Of a stretch of DNA of 64,000 nt, positions 10,797-19,902 are shown in pieces. The stretch covers positions 1,453,099-1,517,098 of the forward strand of contig CAJXKD010000001.1 of NCBI GenBank assembly GCA_913055735.1, read 5' to 3'. Numbering within the stretch: the first letter of the stretch is position 1; each line of letters opens with the position of its first letter. A program made the position numbers and the translations under genes. The notes under the pieces are model-generated. The model did not search any database. It was not told where the DNA came from and saw nothing but the letters and a program-made list of their open reading frames with translations. Source of the DNA: an uncultured Rhodospirillales bacterium (lineage in GTDB: Bacteria; Pseudomonadota; Alphaproteobacteria; Rhodospirillales; UBA2165).

Positions 10797-11089
10797 ATGC
10801 CATTGCTTTTTCTTTTTATTTCAATGCATTAGGGGGGCGGCGCTTAGTGGAAGACCCTGCGAGGCGGCAAAATTTTCCCTCTGCTGTTCGCAAAGGCCCG
10901 GGAATAGTCGGGGATAAGCGGCGTTTCTTCACAAGGACGTAGGGTTTGCGCGGCCAAAAGAGGCTGGCGGTGCCGGGGTCCTGTTGTATGGTAATGGGTG
11001 TCAGACAGGCTAAGTAAATGGGTAAGACAACGAACGGTACGTGTGGTCGGCGTGCCCTTACACCGGTAGGAAATCAGGTAATTACGTCC

Positions 11090-11779
11090 ATGAGTTCAGG
11101 TAGACGCGTTCTTATCGTCGACGACGACAACAACCTGCGTGAAACACTCGCGGAGCAGTTACAGATTCATGAGGAATTCATCTCCGAAGCGGTCGACACG
11201 GCCAGCGCCGCGATAGAGCGCGTGAAGGAGCAGTATTTCGACATCATCCTTTTGGATGTCGGATTGCCGGATATGGATGGTCGTGAAGCATGCCGCGTGT
11301 TGCGCCGGAACGGCGTTAAATCGCCGATTATCATGCTGACGGGGGCGGATACAGATGCCGATACCATTCTCGGCCTTGATGCCGGCGCCAATGATTACAT
11401 CACTAAACCATTTCGCATCGGCGTGTTGATGGCGCGCATTCGCGCCCATATGCGGGAACATGAACAAAGCGAATATGCCGTGTTCAGTATCGGCCCTTAC
11501 AGTTTTCGCCCGGCTGCGAAACTGATGCTGGATACCGAGACCAACAAGAAGGTTCGGCTAACCGACAAGGAAACATCGATCATCAAGTATCTTTATCTTG
11601 CCGGCGACCGGACAGTCAGCCGCGATACGCTTCTCGGCGAGGTCTGGGGGTACAATGCCGATGTGACGACCCATACATTGGAGACTCACGTGTATCGGTT
11701 GCGCCAAAAGATCGAACGCGATCCGTCTAGCGCCGAGATCCTGGTCACGGAACCCAACGGTTACCGCCTCGTTCCCTGA
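11090..11779 (+). CDS. OmpR/PhoB-family response regulator (orphan, no adjacent kinase)
   Basis: ORF 11018..11779 trimmed to MSSGRRVLIVDDD (ATG 11090). It has a receiver domain (LLDVGLPDMDG, ITKPF) and a winged-helix output domain (TLETHVYRLRQKIE...NGYRL). Confidence 0.9.
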   Translation: MSSGRRVLIVDDDNNLRETLAEQLQIHEEFISEAVDTASAAIERVKEQYFDIILLDVGLPDMDGREACRVLRRNGVKSPIIMLTGADTDADTILGLDAGANDYITKPFRIGVLMARIRAHMREHEQSEYAVFSIGPYSFRPAAKLMLDTETNKKVRLTDKETSIIKYLYLAGDRTVSRDTLLGEVWGYNADVTTHTLETHVYRLRQKIERDPSSAEILVTEPNGYRLVP

Positions 11780-11785
11780 AACTTC

Positions 11786-12577
11786 CTAGATATCGAATGA
11801 AGCGATCACCGGCGCGTGGTCGGACGGTTGCGGCCATCCGCGGCCGTCTTTCAGGATTTCAACCGATCTCAATGCGGGAACCAGCTCTTCGCTGATCCAT
11901 ATGTGATCCAGCCGCCGTCCGCGGTCCGCGGCGCGCCAGTCCTTTGCCCGATAACTCCACCAGCTGTAGATCTTTTCGTCGGTTGGGATCAGGTGCCGGA
12001 CGGCATCGATCCAGCGCCCGGCCTGTTGCAGGCCCGCCAGCCGCTCGATCTCAATTTCCGTATGGGACACCACCTTGCGCAGCTGCTTATGTGACCAGAC
12101 ATCGGTTTCCAGCGGCGCGATATTTAAATCGCCGACGAGAATACGTTTGGCCGAAGGGTCTCTCCGCTCCTGGCACCATTCCGTCATTTCATCGAGGAAC
12201 GAGAGTTTGTGTGCAAACTTGTCATTCACCGTTGGGTCCGGCTCGTCGCCGCCCGCCGGCACATAGAAATTATGCAGTTCAATCCCGCCCGCGAGCGCGA
12301 CGCCTGTATGCCGGCAATCTGGTTTGCCGCACCAGTCCCGGCCGCCATTTTCGGTCATGGGTAGCCGGGACAGAATGGCGACACCGTTGTAGCTTTTCAT
12401 GCCGCGAATGGCTTGGTGCGGATATCCAAGGGCCTCGATGTCTGCACGCGGGAACAGCTCGTCGACAACTTTGGTTTCCTGAAGGCAGATGATATCGGGG
12501 TTTGCGGCATCGATCAGGCGCGCCAGATTGTCGAGACGAAGGCGCACGCTGTTAATGTTCCAAGTGGCAATTTTCAT
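11786..12577 (-). CDS. xthA: exodeoxyribonuclease III
   Basis: MKIATWNINSVRLRL...ICLQETK...SDHAPV is the ExoIII/AP-endonuclease signature. Confidence 0.9.
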   Translation of the reverse strand: MKIATWNINSVRLRLDNLARLIDAANPDIICLQETKVVDELFPRADIEALGYPHQAIRGMKSYNGVAILSRLPMTENGGRDWCGKPDCRHTGVALAGGIELHNFYVPAGGDEPDPTVNDKFAHKLSFLDEMTEWCQERRDPSAKRILVGDLNIAPLETDVWSHKQLRKVVSHTEIEIERLAGLQQAGRWIDAVRHLIPTDEKIYSWWSYRAKDWRAADRGRRLDHIWISEELVPALRSVEILKDGRGWPQPSDHAPVIASFDI

Positions 12578-12834
12578 GTCATGAGGTCAGCGATGGGACG
12601 GAAATATGGGCTATTTCAGCAATGAAATTCGGGTCTGAAAAGGGCTGATTTTCTAGAAAAAATTCCCGGGGTTCCGGGAATAATAGGGCGCAATAAGTAT
12701 TAACCGCAATATATGGTAGAACCCACATAATAATTGAAGTTTATTGACACAATACCCAATATGTAGTGGTGTAAACCTCGGGGTTCACCTTTTATAGGAA
12801 TCCTGCGTGGCTTTAATCACCGAAGGGTCAAGAC

Positions 12835-13065
12835 ATGCCTGGTATTTACGATACGGTAAAACGTTTCTTCATCAACGTCACTGAAGCATTCTTGCTATTG
12901 ATCGCGTTGTCGGTCGTGGCAAGCATCGTCTTCGGACCCAGCCTGCCATTTGTTGGCGGTGTGACGGAAAATCTCCTGTCGCTCATCACGCAACTCGGTA
13001 ACGCTGGGTTGGTAGGCTTGATTGCCGCGGGCATTCTGATTTGGCTCGTCAGCAAGCGCGCCTAG
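12835..13065 (+). CDS. small two-helix membrane protein, hypothetical
   Basis: 76 aa with two hydrophobic segments and a basic tail (SKRA). It is visibly AT-richer than its neighbours, is preceded by an AT-rich 257-bp spacer, and is followed by a strong terminator. Confidence 0.45.
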   Translation: MPGIYDTVKRFFINVTEAFLLLIALSVVASIVFGPSLPFVGGVTENLLSLITQLGNAGLVGLIAAGILIWLVSKRA

Positions 13066-13140
13066 CGTTCGAACCCTAAATCGCCCAACAATGTCGGCAT
13101 GGTGATTGTCGCCATGCCGTCGTATTAGAACCTGTCATAT

Positions 13141-13177
13141 GGCCGCCCCGCATTTCCTGGGGCGGCCTATATATTTT
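13141..13177. terminator. bidirectional rho-independent terminator between convergent genes
   Basis: GGCCGCCCC-gcatttcct-GGGGCGGCC followed by TATATATTTT. Confidence 0.75.
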
Positions 13178-13194
13178 CAGAAATCTTTTTCGGC

Positions 13195-13842
13195 TCAGTT
13201 CTGATCGACGGGAACCGTAAATTTGAACAAGCCGGGATCGAGATTGATCCCGGTTTCGACATTGTTCAGCGCCACGGTCGTTTGCGTTCCCTGCGCGTCG
13301 AGGACGGTCCATTTGCGCAACGCCAATGGGCGATCCGAAAAAACCAGCGTGATAGCACCTTCGTCTGGCTCGTCGGTTTGCTGCACGGTGAGGCGCAGGG
13401 TGCCGGCATCGCGGGCGAAATGCGAAACGGTGATCTCATTCGAGAACGAAAGATTTTCTTTGGTCAGCACGCCAATGGGTGTGGCGTTGACGAAAACCTG
13501 CGTCGTTTGGTCCAGCTCCTTGTCGTAATAGTAAAGGATCAGTCCGCTCGACACGATCAGGATGGGAACCGGCGGGTCGTATTCAAACCGGATCTTTCCC
13601 GGGCGGTGCAAATATAACTTTCCCTCGGCCACGGTGCCGTTGGAAGCGACCTGGATAAATCCCGCCCGCAATGTCTTCAGGCCGTTGAGGTAATCTTCGA
13701 TCCGCGCGATATCCGCCCTGTCCTTTTCGCTCAAAGGGACGGGCATAGCGGCTTCCGCAGCCTGCGCCGTCGGGGCGGCGGCCCAGGGCAACATTGCCGC
13801 GATGATGGAAATGGCCAATAGCCACGTACGCATGCGCGTCAT
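13195..13842 (-). CDS. LolA-like outer-membrane lipoprotein carrier protein
   Basis: 215 aa with signal peptide ...APTAQA|AE. FIQ...GKLYLHRPGKIRFEY is the LolA-fold pattern. It lies directly downstream of ftsK, as is typical in alphaproteobacteria. Confidence 0.75.
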   Translation of the reverse strand: MTRMRTWLLAISIIAAMLPWAAAPTAQAAEAAMPVPLSEKDRADIARIEDYLNGLKTLRAGFIQVASNGTVAEGKLYLHRPGKIRFEYDPPVPILIVSSGLILYYYDKELDQTTQVFVNATPIGVLTKENLSFSNEITVSHFARDAGTLRLTVQQTDEPDEGAITLVFSDRPLALRKWTVLDAQGTQTTVALNNVETGINLDPGLFKFTVPVDQN

Positions 13843-13939
13843 AATCCTGATGCAAATATCGTCATCATATAGTCGATAGAGGATCGGATCCGGCCGCGCA
13901 ATGGCCGGTCAAAAGGTTCCATCCAGTTTAGATAGACGA

Positions 13940-16288
13940 TCAGTGGCTGCCCGCAAGCACTTCACGGCGCCCGACGCGATCAGCTTTGCTGATGACGCCT
14001 TCCGCTTCCATGCGTTCGATGATGCGGGCCGCCCGGTTATAGCCGATTTGCAGATGACGTTGGACGAAACTGGTCGAGGCTTTGCCCTCGCGGGTAACGA
14101 TCGCCACGGCTTGGTCGTAAAGCTCGTCGCCGGAATTGTCGCCTCCCATGCCGGGGATGGAAAAGCCGCCCTCGACATCTTCGGTAACCGCCTCTTCGTA
14201 AGTGGGCTCCCCCTGTGCCTTGAGGAACGACACCACGTGTTCGACTTCTTCATCGCTGACGAAGGGGCCGTGAATACGGCTGATCTGACCGCCACCCGCC
14301 ATGTACAGCATATCGCCTTGGCCCAGGAGCTGTTCGGCGCCCTGTTCACCCAGGATTGTCCGGCTATCGATCTTGGAGGTCACTTGGAAGCTGATCCGGG
14401 TGGGGAAATTGGCTTTGATGGTGCCGGTGATCACGTCCACCGACGGCCGTTGGGTGGCCATGATCAGGTGGATGCCGGCGGCCCGTGCCATTTGCGCCAG
14501 ACGCTGGATGGCGGCTTCGATGTCCTTGCCGGCAACCATCATCAAATCCGCCATTTCGTCGACGACGACGACGATGGACGGCAACGGATCCATGCTGAGC
14601 GGCTGTTCTTCGTAGATGGGTTTGCCGGCTTCGTCGAAGCCGGTCTGAACCCGGCGGCTCAGCACTTCGCCTTTTTTGCGGGCTTCCGCGAGGCGGGCAT
14701 TATAGCCGGCGATGTTACGCACGCCCATCTGCGACATGGCGCGATATCGTTCTTCCATTTCGCGGACTGTCCACTTCAGGGCCACGATTGCCTTCGATGG
14801 ATCGGTCACGACCGGCGCCAACAAATTGGGAATGCCGTCATAGACCGAGAGTTCGAGCATCTTGGGATCGATCATGATGAAGCGGCATTCTTCCGGGGGC
14901 AGACGGTAGAGCAGCGACAGGATCATGGTGTTGATGGCGACGGATTTGCCTGACCCCGTAGTGCCGGCGATCAGCAGATGCGGCATGCGGGCGAGGTCCA
15001 CCATGACTGGAGCGCCGCCGATATCCTTGCCGAGCACAAGCGTCAAATTTCCGGAACTGCGTTCAAACGAGTCGGACGCCAACAGTTCGCGCAGATAAAC
15101 GGTTTCGCGCGAGGCATTTGGAAGCTCGATGCCGATAACACTGCGGCCCGGCACCACGGCAATGCGGACCGACAAGGCGCTCATCGAACGAGCAATATCG
15201 TCGGAGAGACCGATCACGCGGGATGTTTTTGTGCCGGGCGCAGGCTCCAGTTCATAGAGGGTGACAACGGGGCCTGGCCGGACTTTGACGATCTCGCCGC
15301 GAATGCCGAAATCCTCGAGCACCGATTCCAAGAGGTTGGCATTCTGTGCCAAGGCATCCTTATCCGCTGTTTTCCGCCCGTCACCGGGGGGAGCCTCCAA
15401 CAGATCGAGCGGCGGCACTTGATAAGAATCCGCCACGGGAAGGGAGAGCGATCCTTGGCGCGCGTCCTTGGCGCGTTTACCCGCGGGCGGCTTGCGGACC
15501 GTGTCGACCACGGCTTTGGTTTTGCGCCGCCGGGCTGGCTTGGGTTTGGTTACGGCTTCGCGATGGTCCGGGATTTCAATTTCATCTTCGTCGACGGCAC
15601 CGAACCCGGGTTCGTTCCGCACACCGCGATCTTCGCGGTTCCACCGGAACATACTGATCCATGTCCACAGTTGCGTTGCGGCACCCCACGAGGTGTCCAC
15701 CAGAAAGCGCCATTCGCGACGCTCCAACCCAGCCGAAAAAGCGAGCAAAGCAATGGCCAGAATGAAACAAACAACCGCGAGCAAAACCGATACCACCGTC
15801 GAATAGGCAGCAGGCACAAAAATAAGGGCAGTATCAAGAAGGACGGCTCCCGACACGCCACCCAAGCCGGCACGCAACGGCCATGCCTCGGGCGGCGGCA
15901 GCGGCGCCAATGCCACGGCCGCTGCCAAAATTGCGGCGATAACGGCGAGCGTGCGGAACCACATGAGCGATAGGAGTTTGCGTCCGGTCAGACGCCAAGC
16001 CCAAGCAATTAACACGGCCGCCGGCGCCCAAGCCGCCAGTCCGAACAACTGCCACATAAGATCGGCGACGACGGCGCCCGGCAGGCCCAACAGGTTCTGG
16101 ACCGGTTCCGCACCGGCGCTATTGAATGACGGGTCCGAGGAATGATAGCTCGCCAACGCCACGGCTAACAGGACGGCAAGCGCCAATACGCCAAGGCCGG
16201 CGAGTTCGATTACGCGCCGCTGAAGTGCCTCCGACAATGATGCCGGAAGCAGGGTCCTTTTGGATCCTTGAGACAGGGTTCGAGCCAT
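13940..16288 (-). CDS. ftsK: DNA translocase FtsK
   Basis: 782 aa with N-terminal TM helices, a basic/Pro-rich linker, Walker A (GTTGSGKS), DEMADLMM, and a C-terminal gamma winged helix (ASTSFVQRHLQIGYNRAARIIERME). Confidence 0.95.
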   Translation of the reverse strand: MARTLSQGSKRTLLPASLSEALQRRVIELAGLGVLALAVLLAVALASYHSSDPSFNSAGAEPVQNLLGLPGAVVADLMWQLFGLAAWAPAAVLIAWAWRLTGRKLLSLMWFRTLAVIAAILAAAVALAPLPPPEAWPLRAGLGGVSGAVLLDTALIFVPAAYSTVVSVLLAVVCFILAIALLAFSAGLERREWRFLVDTSWGAATQLWTWISMFRWNREDRGVRNEPGFGAVDEDEIEIPDHREAVTKPKPARRRKTKAVVDTVRKPPAGKRAKDARQGSLSLPVADSYQVPPLDLLEAPPGDGRKTADKDALAQNANLLESVLEDFGIRGEIVKVRPGPVVTLYELEPAPGTKTSRVIGLSDDIARSMSALSVRIAVVPGRSVIGIELPNASRETVYLRELLASDSFERSSGNLTLVLGKDIGGAPVMVDLARMPHLLIAGTTGSGKSVAINTMILSLLYRLPPEECRFIMIDPKMLELSVYDGIPNLLAPVVTDPSKAIVALKWTVREMEERYRAMSQMGVRNIAGYNARLAEARKKGEVLSRRVQTGFDEAGKPIYEEQPLSMDPLPSIVVVVDEMADLMMVAGKDIEAAIQRLAQMARAAGIHLIMATQRPSVDVITGTIKANFPTRISFQVTSKIDSRTILGEQGAEQLLGQGDMLYMAGGGQISRIHGPFVSDEEVEHVVSFLKAQGEPTYEEAVTEDVEGGFSIPGMGGDNSGDELYDQAVAIVTREGKASTSFVQRHLQIGYNRAARIIERMEAEGVISKADRVGRREVLAGSH

Positions 16289-16421
16289 TCGTTGCTTTTA
16301 CGAAACGGATATTTACAAAACGTTAACGAATTCCGAAGAATCGGCGAAAATCAGCGGATTCTGGTCGGCGAAAAATTAACATATGGATGGACGGCGTGCC
16401 ATACGCCTTGAACGGATGGGA

Positions 16422-17615
16422 CTAGGCGAGTGCGTCCACGACGCGGTGCAAACCGTCGGCCACGGTTTCGGGGTCGTGGACCAGGGCGATCCGGATATAA
16501 CGTTGTCCGGGATTGACCCCGTCGGCGCCCGGCCGGGCGAGATAGGCGCCGGGGATGACCTTTACACCGGCATCGGTCCACAGCGTCTGGGTTGCTTGTT
16601 CACTATCGCCGACATCCAGCCAAAGATAAAATCCGCCATCCGGGTGATAATATCCGAAGCGCCGACCGATGATTTGATCGGCGCGATCGAATTTTTCCCG
16701 ATACAGCGCGCGGTTAGCGTCGACATGTGTTTCATCGCGCCATAAGGCGGCTGCAGCCGCGGCAAGCGGCGGCGGTATGGTCGCACCGCCATAATTGCGA
16801 AGGCGTTTGAGCAATTGGATAAGTTTTGCGTCGCCGGCAACGAAGCCCGACCGTAGGCCCGGCGCGCTCGATCTTTTGGACAAGGAATGAAAGGCGAGCA
16901 CGTTGCTCAAGCCGCCTCCCATCGCGGCGCAGGCCTCCATGATGCCCGTTGGCGCCACGCTGTCGTAGATCTCGGCATAACACTCGTCCATGGCGAGCAC
17001 GAAATCATACTTCCGGGCCAATCCGACGATATGCTCGAGATAGGCGCGATCCGCGGCCATGCCCTGTGGGTTTGCCGGGCTGCACAGAAACGCCAGCGCC
17101 GTCCGTTCGAGAACGGCGGGATCGACGGCGTCGAAGTCGGGCAGAAATCCGGTGTCTGCCGTTGCCGACATATAGACCGGCTCGGCGCCCGACATAACCG
17201 TCGCGCCGACATAGACCTGATAGAACGGATTGGGGATTAGGACCGCGGGAGTCTGCCCCCTTTTTGTGCGCGAGATGGCGATGTCGCCCGCCATGTAGAG
17301 AGCTTCCCGTGTGCCGGACACCGCGCAAACGTGGCGTGAGGGATCGATCATGCCGTCGGGCAACTGGTAGCGGCGTTTCAGCCAATCGGAGATCGCATCC
17401 AACAAATCGGCACTGCCGGCGACGGGCGGATACTTCCCCCACTCGTTTGCATGTGTCGCAACCGTTTGCGCAATGAGTTCGGGCGGCGCGTGCTGCGGCT
17501 CGCCCAGCGACATCACCAGCGGTTCCATCCCGGCAGGCGGCGTGAGACCGTCGAGCAGGGCACGTAGCCGGTCGAAGGGGTAGTCGGTGAGCTCATCGAG
17601 CGCGGTGTTGAACAT
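16422..17615 (-). CDS. class I/II PLP-dependent aminotransferase
   Basis: ORF 16422..17687 trimmed to MFNTALDELTDYPFDRL (ATG 17615). PLP-lysine motif HSLSKRSSAPGLRSG is present. Confidence 0.85.
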   Translation of the reverse strand: MFNTALDELTDYPFDRLRALLDGLTPPAGMEPLVMSLGEPQHAPPELIAQTVATHANEWGKYPPVAGSADLLDAISDWLKRRYQLPDGMIDPSRHVCAVSGTREALYMAGDIAISRTKRGQTPAVLIPNPFYQVYVGATVMSGAEPVYMSATADTGFLPDFDAVDPAVLERTALAFLCSPANPQGMAADRAYLEHIVGLARKYDFVLAMDECYAEIYDSVAPTGIMEACAAMGGGLSNVLAFHSLSKRSSAPGLRSGFVAGDAKLIQLLKRLRNYGGATIPPPLAAAAAALWRDETHVDANRALYREKFDRADQIIGRRFGYYHPDGGFYLWLDVGDSEQATQTLWTDAGVKVIPGAYLARPGADGVNPGQRYIRIALVHDPETVADGLHRVVDALA

Positions 17616-17652
17616 TATTCTTCCGAACGCTGGGGCGAAGTTTGGTTTCCGC

Positions 17653-17685
17653 CAAAATAAGTGCCCCGCGCCAGGGGCGCGGGGC
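17653..17685 (-). terminator. rho-independent terminator after glnK (second unit)
   Basis: Perfect 10-bp stem GCCCCGCGCC-agg-GGCGCGGGGC, followed on the minus strand by ACTTATTTTGG. Confidence 0.8.
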
Positions 17686-17767
17686 AAGCCTTGACTGGCT
17701 CGTGGCCAATATTAGTCCGCTCCCAATGAAGCGGCAAGCTGGGCAGCGAGAGCCGCCCGATCAAGGT

Positions 17768-18106
17768 TTATAACGCTTCCGCGCCGGTCTCACCGGTCCG
17801 GATGCGCACGGCTTCGCTCAGCTCGTAGACGAAAATTTTGCCGTCGCCGATGCTGTTGCTGTTGGCGGCCTCGCGGATGGTACTTACCACCCGTTCGGCC
17901 AAATCGTCCGACGTGGCAACTTCGATTTTGATCTTCGGCGTGAAGTTGATGGTGTATTCGGCGCCACGGTAGATTTCCGTATGGCCCTTTTGGCGGCCGA
18001 ACCCCGAAACTTCGGTGACCGTGAGCCCTTGGACGCCGATTCCGGTTAAGGCCTCGCGGACCGCGTCCAGCTTCGCAGGCTTGATGATCGCCACTATGTA
18101 TTTCAT
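17768..18106 (-). CDS. glnK: nitrogen regulatory protein P-II
   Basis: ORF trimmed to MKYIVAIIKPAKLDAV (112 aa). The T-loop GRQKGHTEIYRGAEY carries the Tyr51 site. RBS is AAGGAG. It lies 37 nt downstream of an amt gene. Confidence 0.9.
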   Translation of the reverse strand: MKYIVAIIKPAKLDAVREALTGIGVQGLTVTEVSGFGRQKGHTEIYRGAEYTINFTPKIKIEVATSDDLAERVVSTIREAANSNSIGDGKIFVYELSEAVRIRTGETGAEAL

Positions 18107-18143
18107 GGCTTTTCTCCTTTCGTTTTCTGCTGGCATACGGTGG

Positions 18144-19466
18144 CTAGAAGTCGTAGCCGCGTTCGCCGTGGGCCGTGATGTCGAGCCCTTCCGTTTCCTC
18201 TTCGGCGGTCGTCCTCAGACCGGTTACACCCTGCACAATTTTAATGATGATGTAACCCGCAACGCCAGCCCAAACGATGGTAATCACCGTGCCAATGAGC
18301 TGCGCCATGAAGGCGGCGCCGATGTCGTGACCTTCGACCAATCCGCCGAACGACGGATGGGCGAATACGCTGGTTAGGAAAATACCCAGGATACCGCCGA
18401 CACCGTGAACGGCGAACACATCCAACGAGTCGTCGAGTTTGAACATATTTTTCACAACGCCGATCATCAAGAAGCAGATGACGCCGGCGAGTACGCCATA
18501 AACCAGCGCGCCGACGGGGCCGACGAAGCCGGAGCCGGGCGTGATCGTGGCCAGCCCCGCGATGGCGCCGGTCGCGATACCCACCAAGCTGGGCTTACCG
18601 AACTTGATCCACTCGATGACGACCCAGGTCAGGCAGGCGGCGGATGCCGAAATGTGGGTCACCGTCATGGCCATACCGGCACTGCCGTCGGCGGCCAGCG
18701 CACTGCCCGCGTTGAAGCCGTACCAGCCGACCCATAGCATAGCCGCGCCGATCATCACCAGACCGGGACTGTGCGGCGGCCGCAAATCGTGCGGAAAACC
18801 CTTCCGGGCACCGAGCGCCGCGGCCAGCAAGAGAGCGGCAACGCCCGCGTTGGCGTGAACCACCAATCCGCCGGCGAAGTCCATGACACCGACACCGGCC
18901 AGGCTGTCGCTTGCCCACCCGAGGTCGGCCAACAGACCACCGCCCCAGATCCAATGGGCCGATGGCGCATAAACGACCAGCAGCCATAGGCCACTGAATA
19001 AAATGACCGCGCTGAATTTGATGCGCTCCACGTAGGTGCCGACGATCAGGCCGGGCGTGATGATGGCAAAGGTCATTTGGAACATAAAGAACACGTTCTC
19101 TGGGATATCGCCGAACAACGTTCCGGTACCGATCCCGGCGAGGAAAGCCTTGCCAAGGCCACCCCACCATTCGTTGCCGTCGCCAAAGGCGATGGAATAT
19201 CCCGCCACCAGCCACAGGATCGACGCCAAACAGCAGATGGCAAAACAATGCATGAGAACAGACAGCACGTTGCGCGATTGCACGAGCCCGCCATAAAAAA
19301 GCGCAAGGCCCGGCATGGTCATGAACAGCACCAAAGCCGTTGCCGTGATGATCCAGGCTGTATTGCCGCCGCTAAGGCTTGCCGTTTCTTGTGCCACGGC
19401 CGTTTCCGGAAAGGCCGCCGCCAGAACAGCGAGCCCGATAGATAGAAATGTCGCAGGGATGCGCAT
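18144..19466 (-). CDS. amtB: ammonium transporter (Amt family), copy 2
   Basis: ORF 18144..19607 trimmed to MRIPATFLSIGLAVLAAAFPETAVA|QE (ATG 19466, RBS GAGGAGGA). Amt motifs DFAGGLVVH and DVFAVHGVGG are present. Confidence 0.9.
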   Translation of the reverse strand: MRIPATFLSIGLAVLAAAFPETAVAQETASLSGGNTAWIITATALVLFMTMPGLALFYGGLVQSRNVLSVLMHCFAICCLASILWLVAGYSIAFGDGNEWWGGLGKAFLAGIGTGTLFGDIPENVFFMFQMTFAIITPGLIVGTYVERIKFSAVILFSGLWLLVVYAPSAHWIWGGGLLADLGWASDSLAGVGVMDFAGGLVVHANAGVAALLLAAALGARKGFPHDLRPPHSPGLVMIGAAMLWVGWYGFNAGSALAADGSAGMAMTVTHISASAACLTWVVIEWIKFGKPSLVGIATGAIAGLATITPGSGFVGPVGALVYGVLAGVICFLMIGVVKNMFKLDDSLDVFAVHGVGGILGIFLTSVFAHPSFGGLVEGHDIGAAFMAQLIGTVITIVWAGVAGYIIIKIVQGVTGLRTTAEEETEGLDITAHGERGYDF

Positions 19467-19584
19467 CGAATGTCCTCCTCTTCTCACCCCCGCGCGGCAT
19501 AGACGGCCATCGCCGCCGTGCAAACACAGAGCGTTTGCCGGCGGTCGGCCGGTTGATTTTGACTTGCCACGCAAACCACCCGTT

Positions 19585-19599
19585 ACAAGAAACGTGCCG
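19585..19599 (-). promoter_or_regulatory. candidate sigma-54-type (-24/-12) promoter upstream of amtB copy 2
   Basis: The minus strand reads CGGCACGTTTCTTGT, versus consensus TGGCACG-N4-TTGCW. The -12 C is replaced. The same GGCACG-N-TTCTTG string recurs upstream of glnK copy 1. Confidence 0.3.
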
Positions 19600-19703
19600 A
19601 ACGGCAAATTTTCTGAAAACGTTTCTTTTTCAGATGGTTGCGAAGATGAAGCAGAGAAATCCGTGGGTGCGCGGCTGACTAACAGGCAGGCAAAAACGGA
19701 ATT

Positions 19704-19722
19704 TTGCTCAACAATTGAGCAA
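19704..19722. promoter_or_regulatory. perfect 8-bp inverted repeat TTGCTCAA-CAA-TTGAGCAA (candidate activator/operator site)
   Basis: Read directly. It lies about 140 nt upstream of the candidate -24/-12 start and has TGC-N11-GCA spacing like NtrC-type sites. Confidence 0.3.
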
Positions 19723-19902
19723 ATGGGATAAGATGATTTTTCGAGATAGAGGTATCAAAAAAGGGTGGGCCGCCCCACGGCGTGGCGGACGCGGGACGGC
19801 CCGTTGGCGGTAGAAACAAGGGAGGACATGCCTGTTCAACCGCCAAAGGCGGGGCTGCCCATTGCAGGCGGCCCCGCCGTTGGTTGGTCGCGGTGAGGCC
19901 GC

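Noticed and set aside
13901-15973. 350-aa and 331-aa plus-strand ORFs (13901..14953 and 14978..15973).
   Set aside because: Both are antisense to ftsK. Their composition is low-complexity (G/D/H/A/R-rich), typical of the reverse frame of a GC-rich gene.
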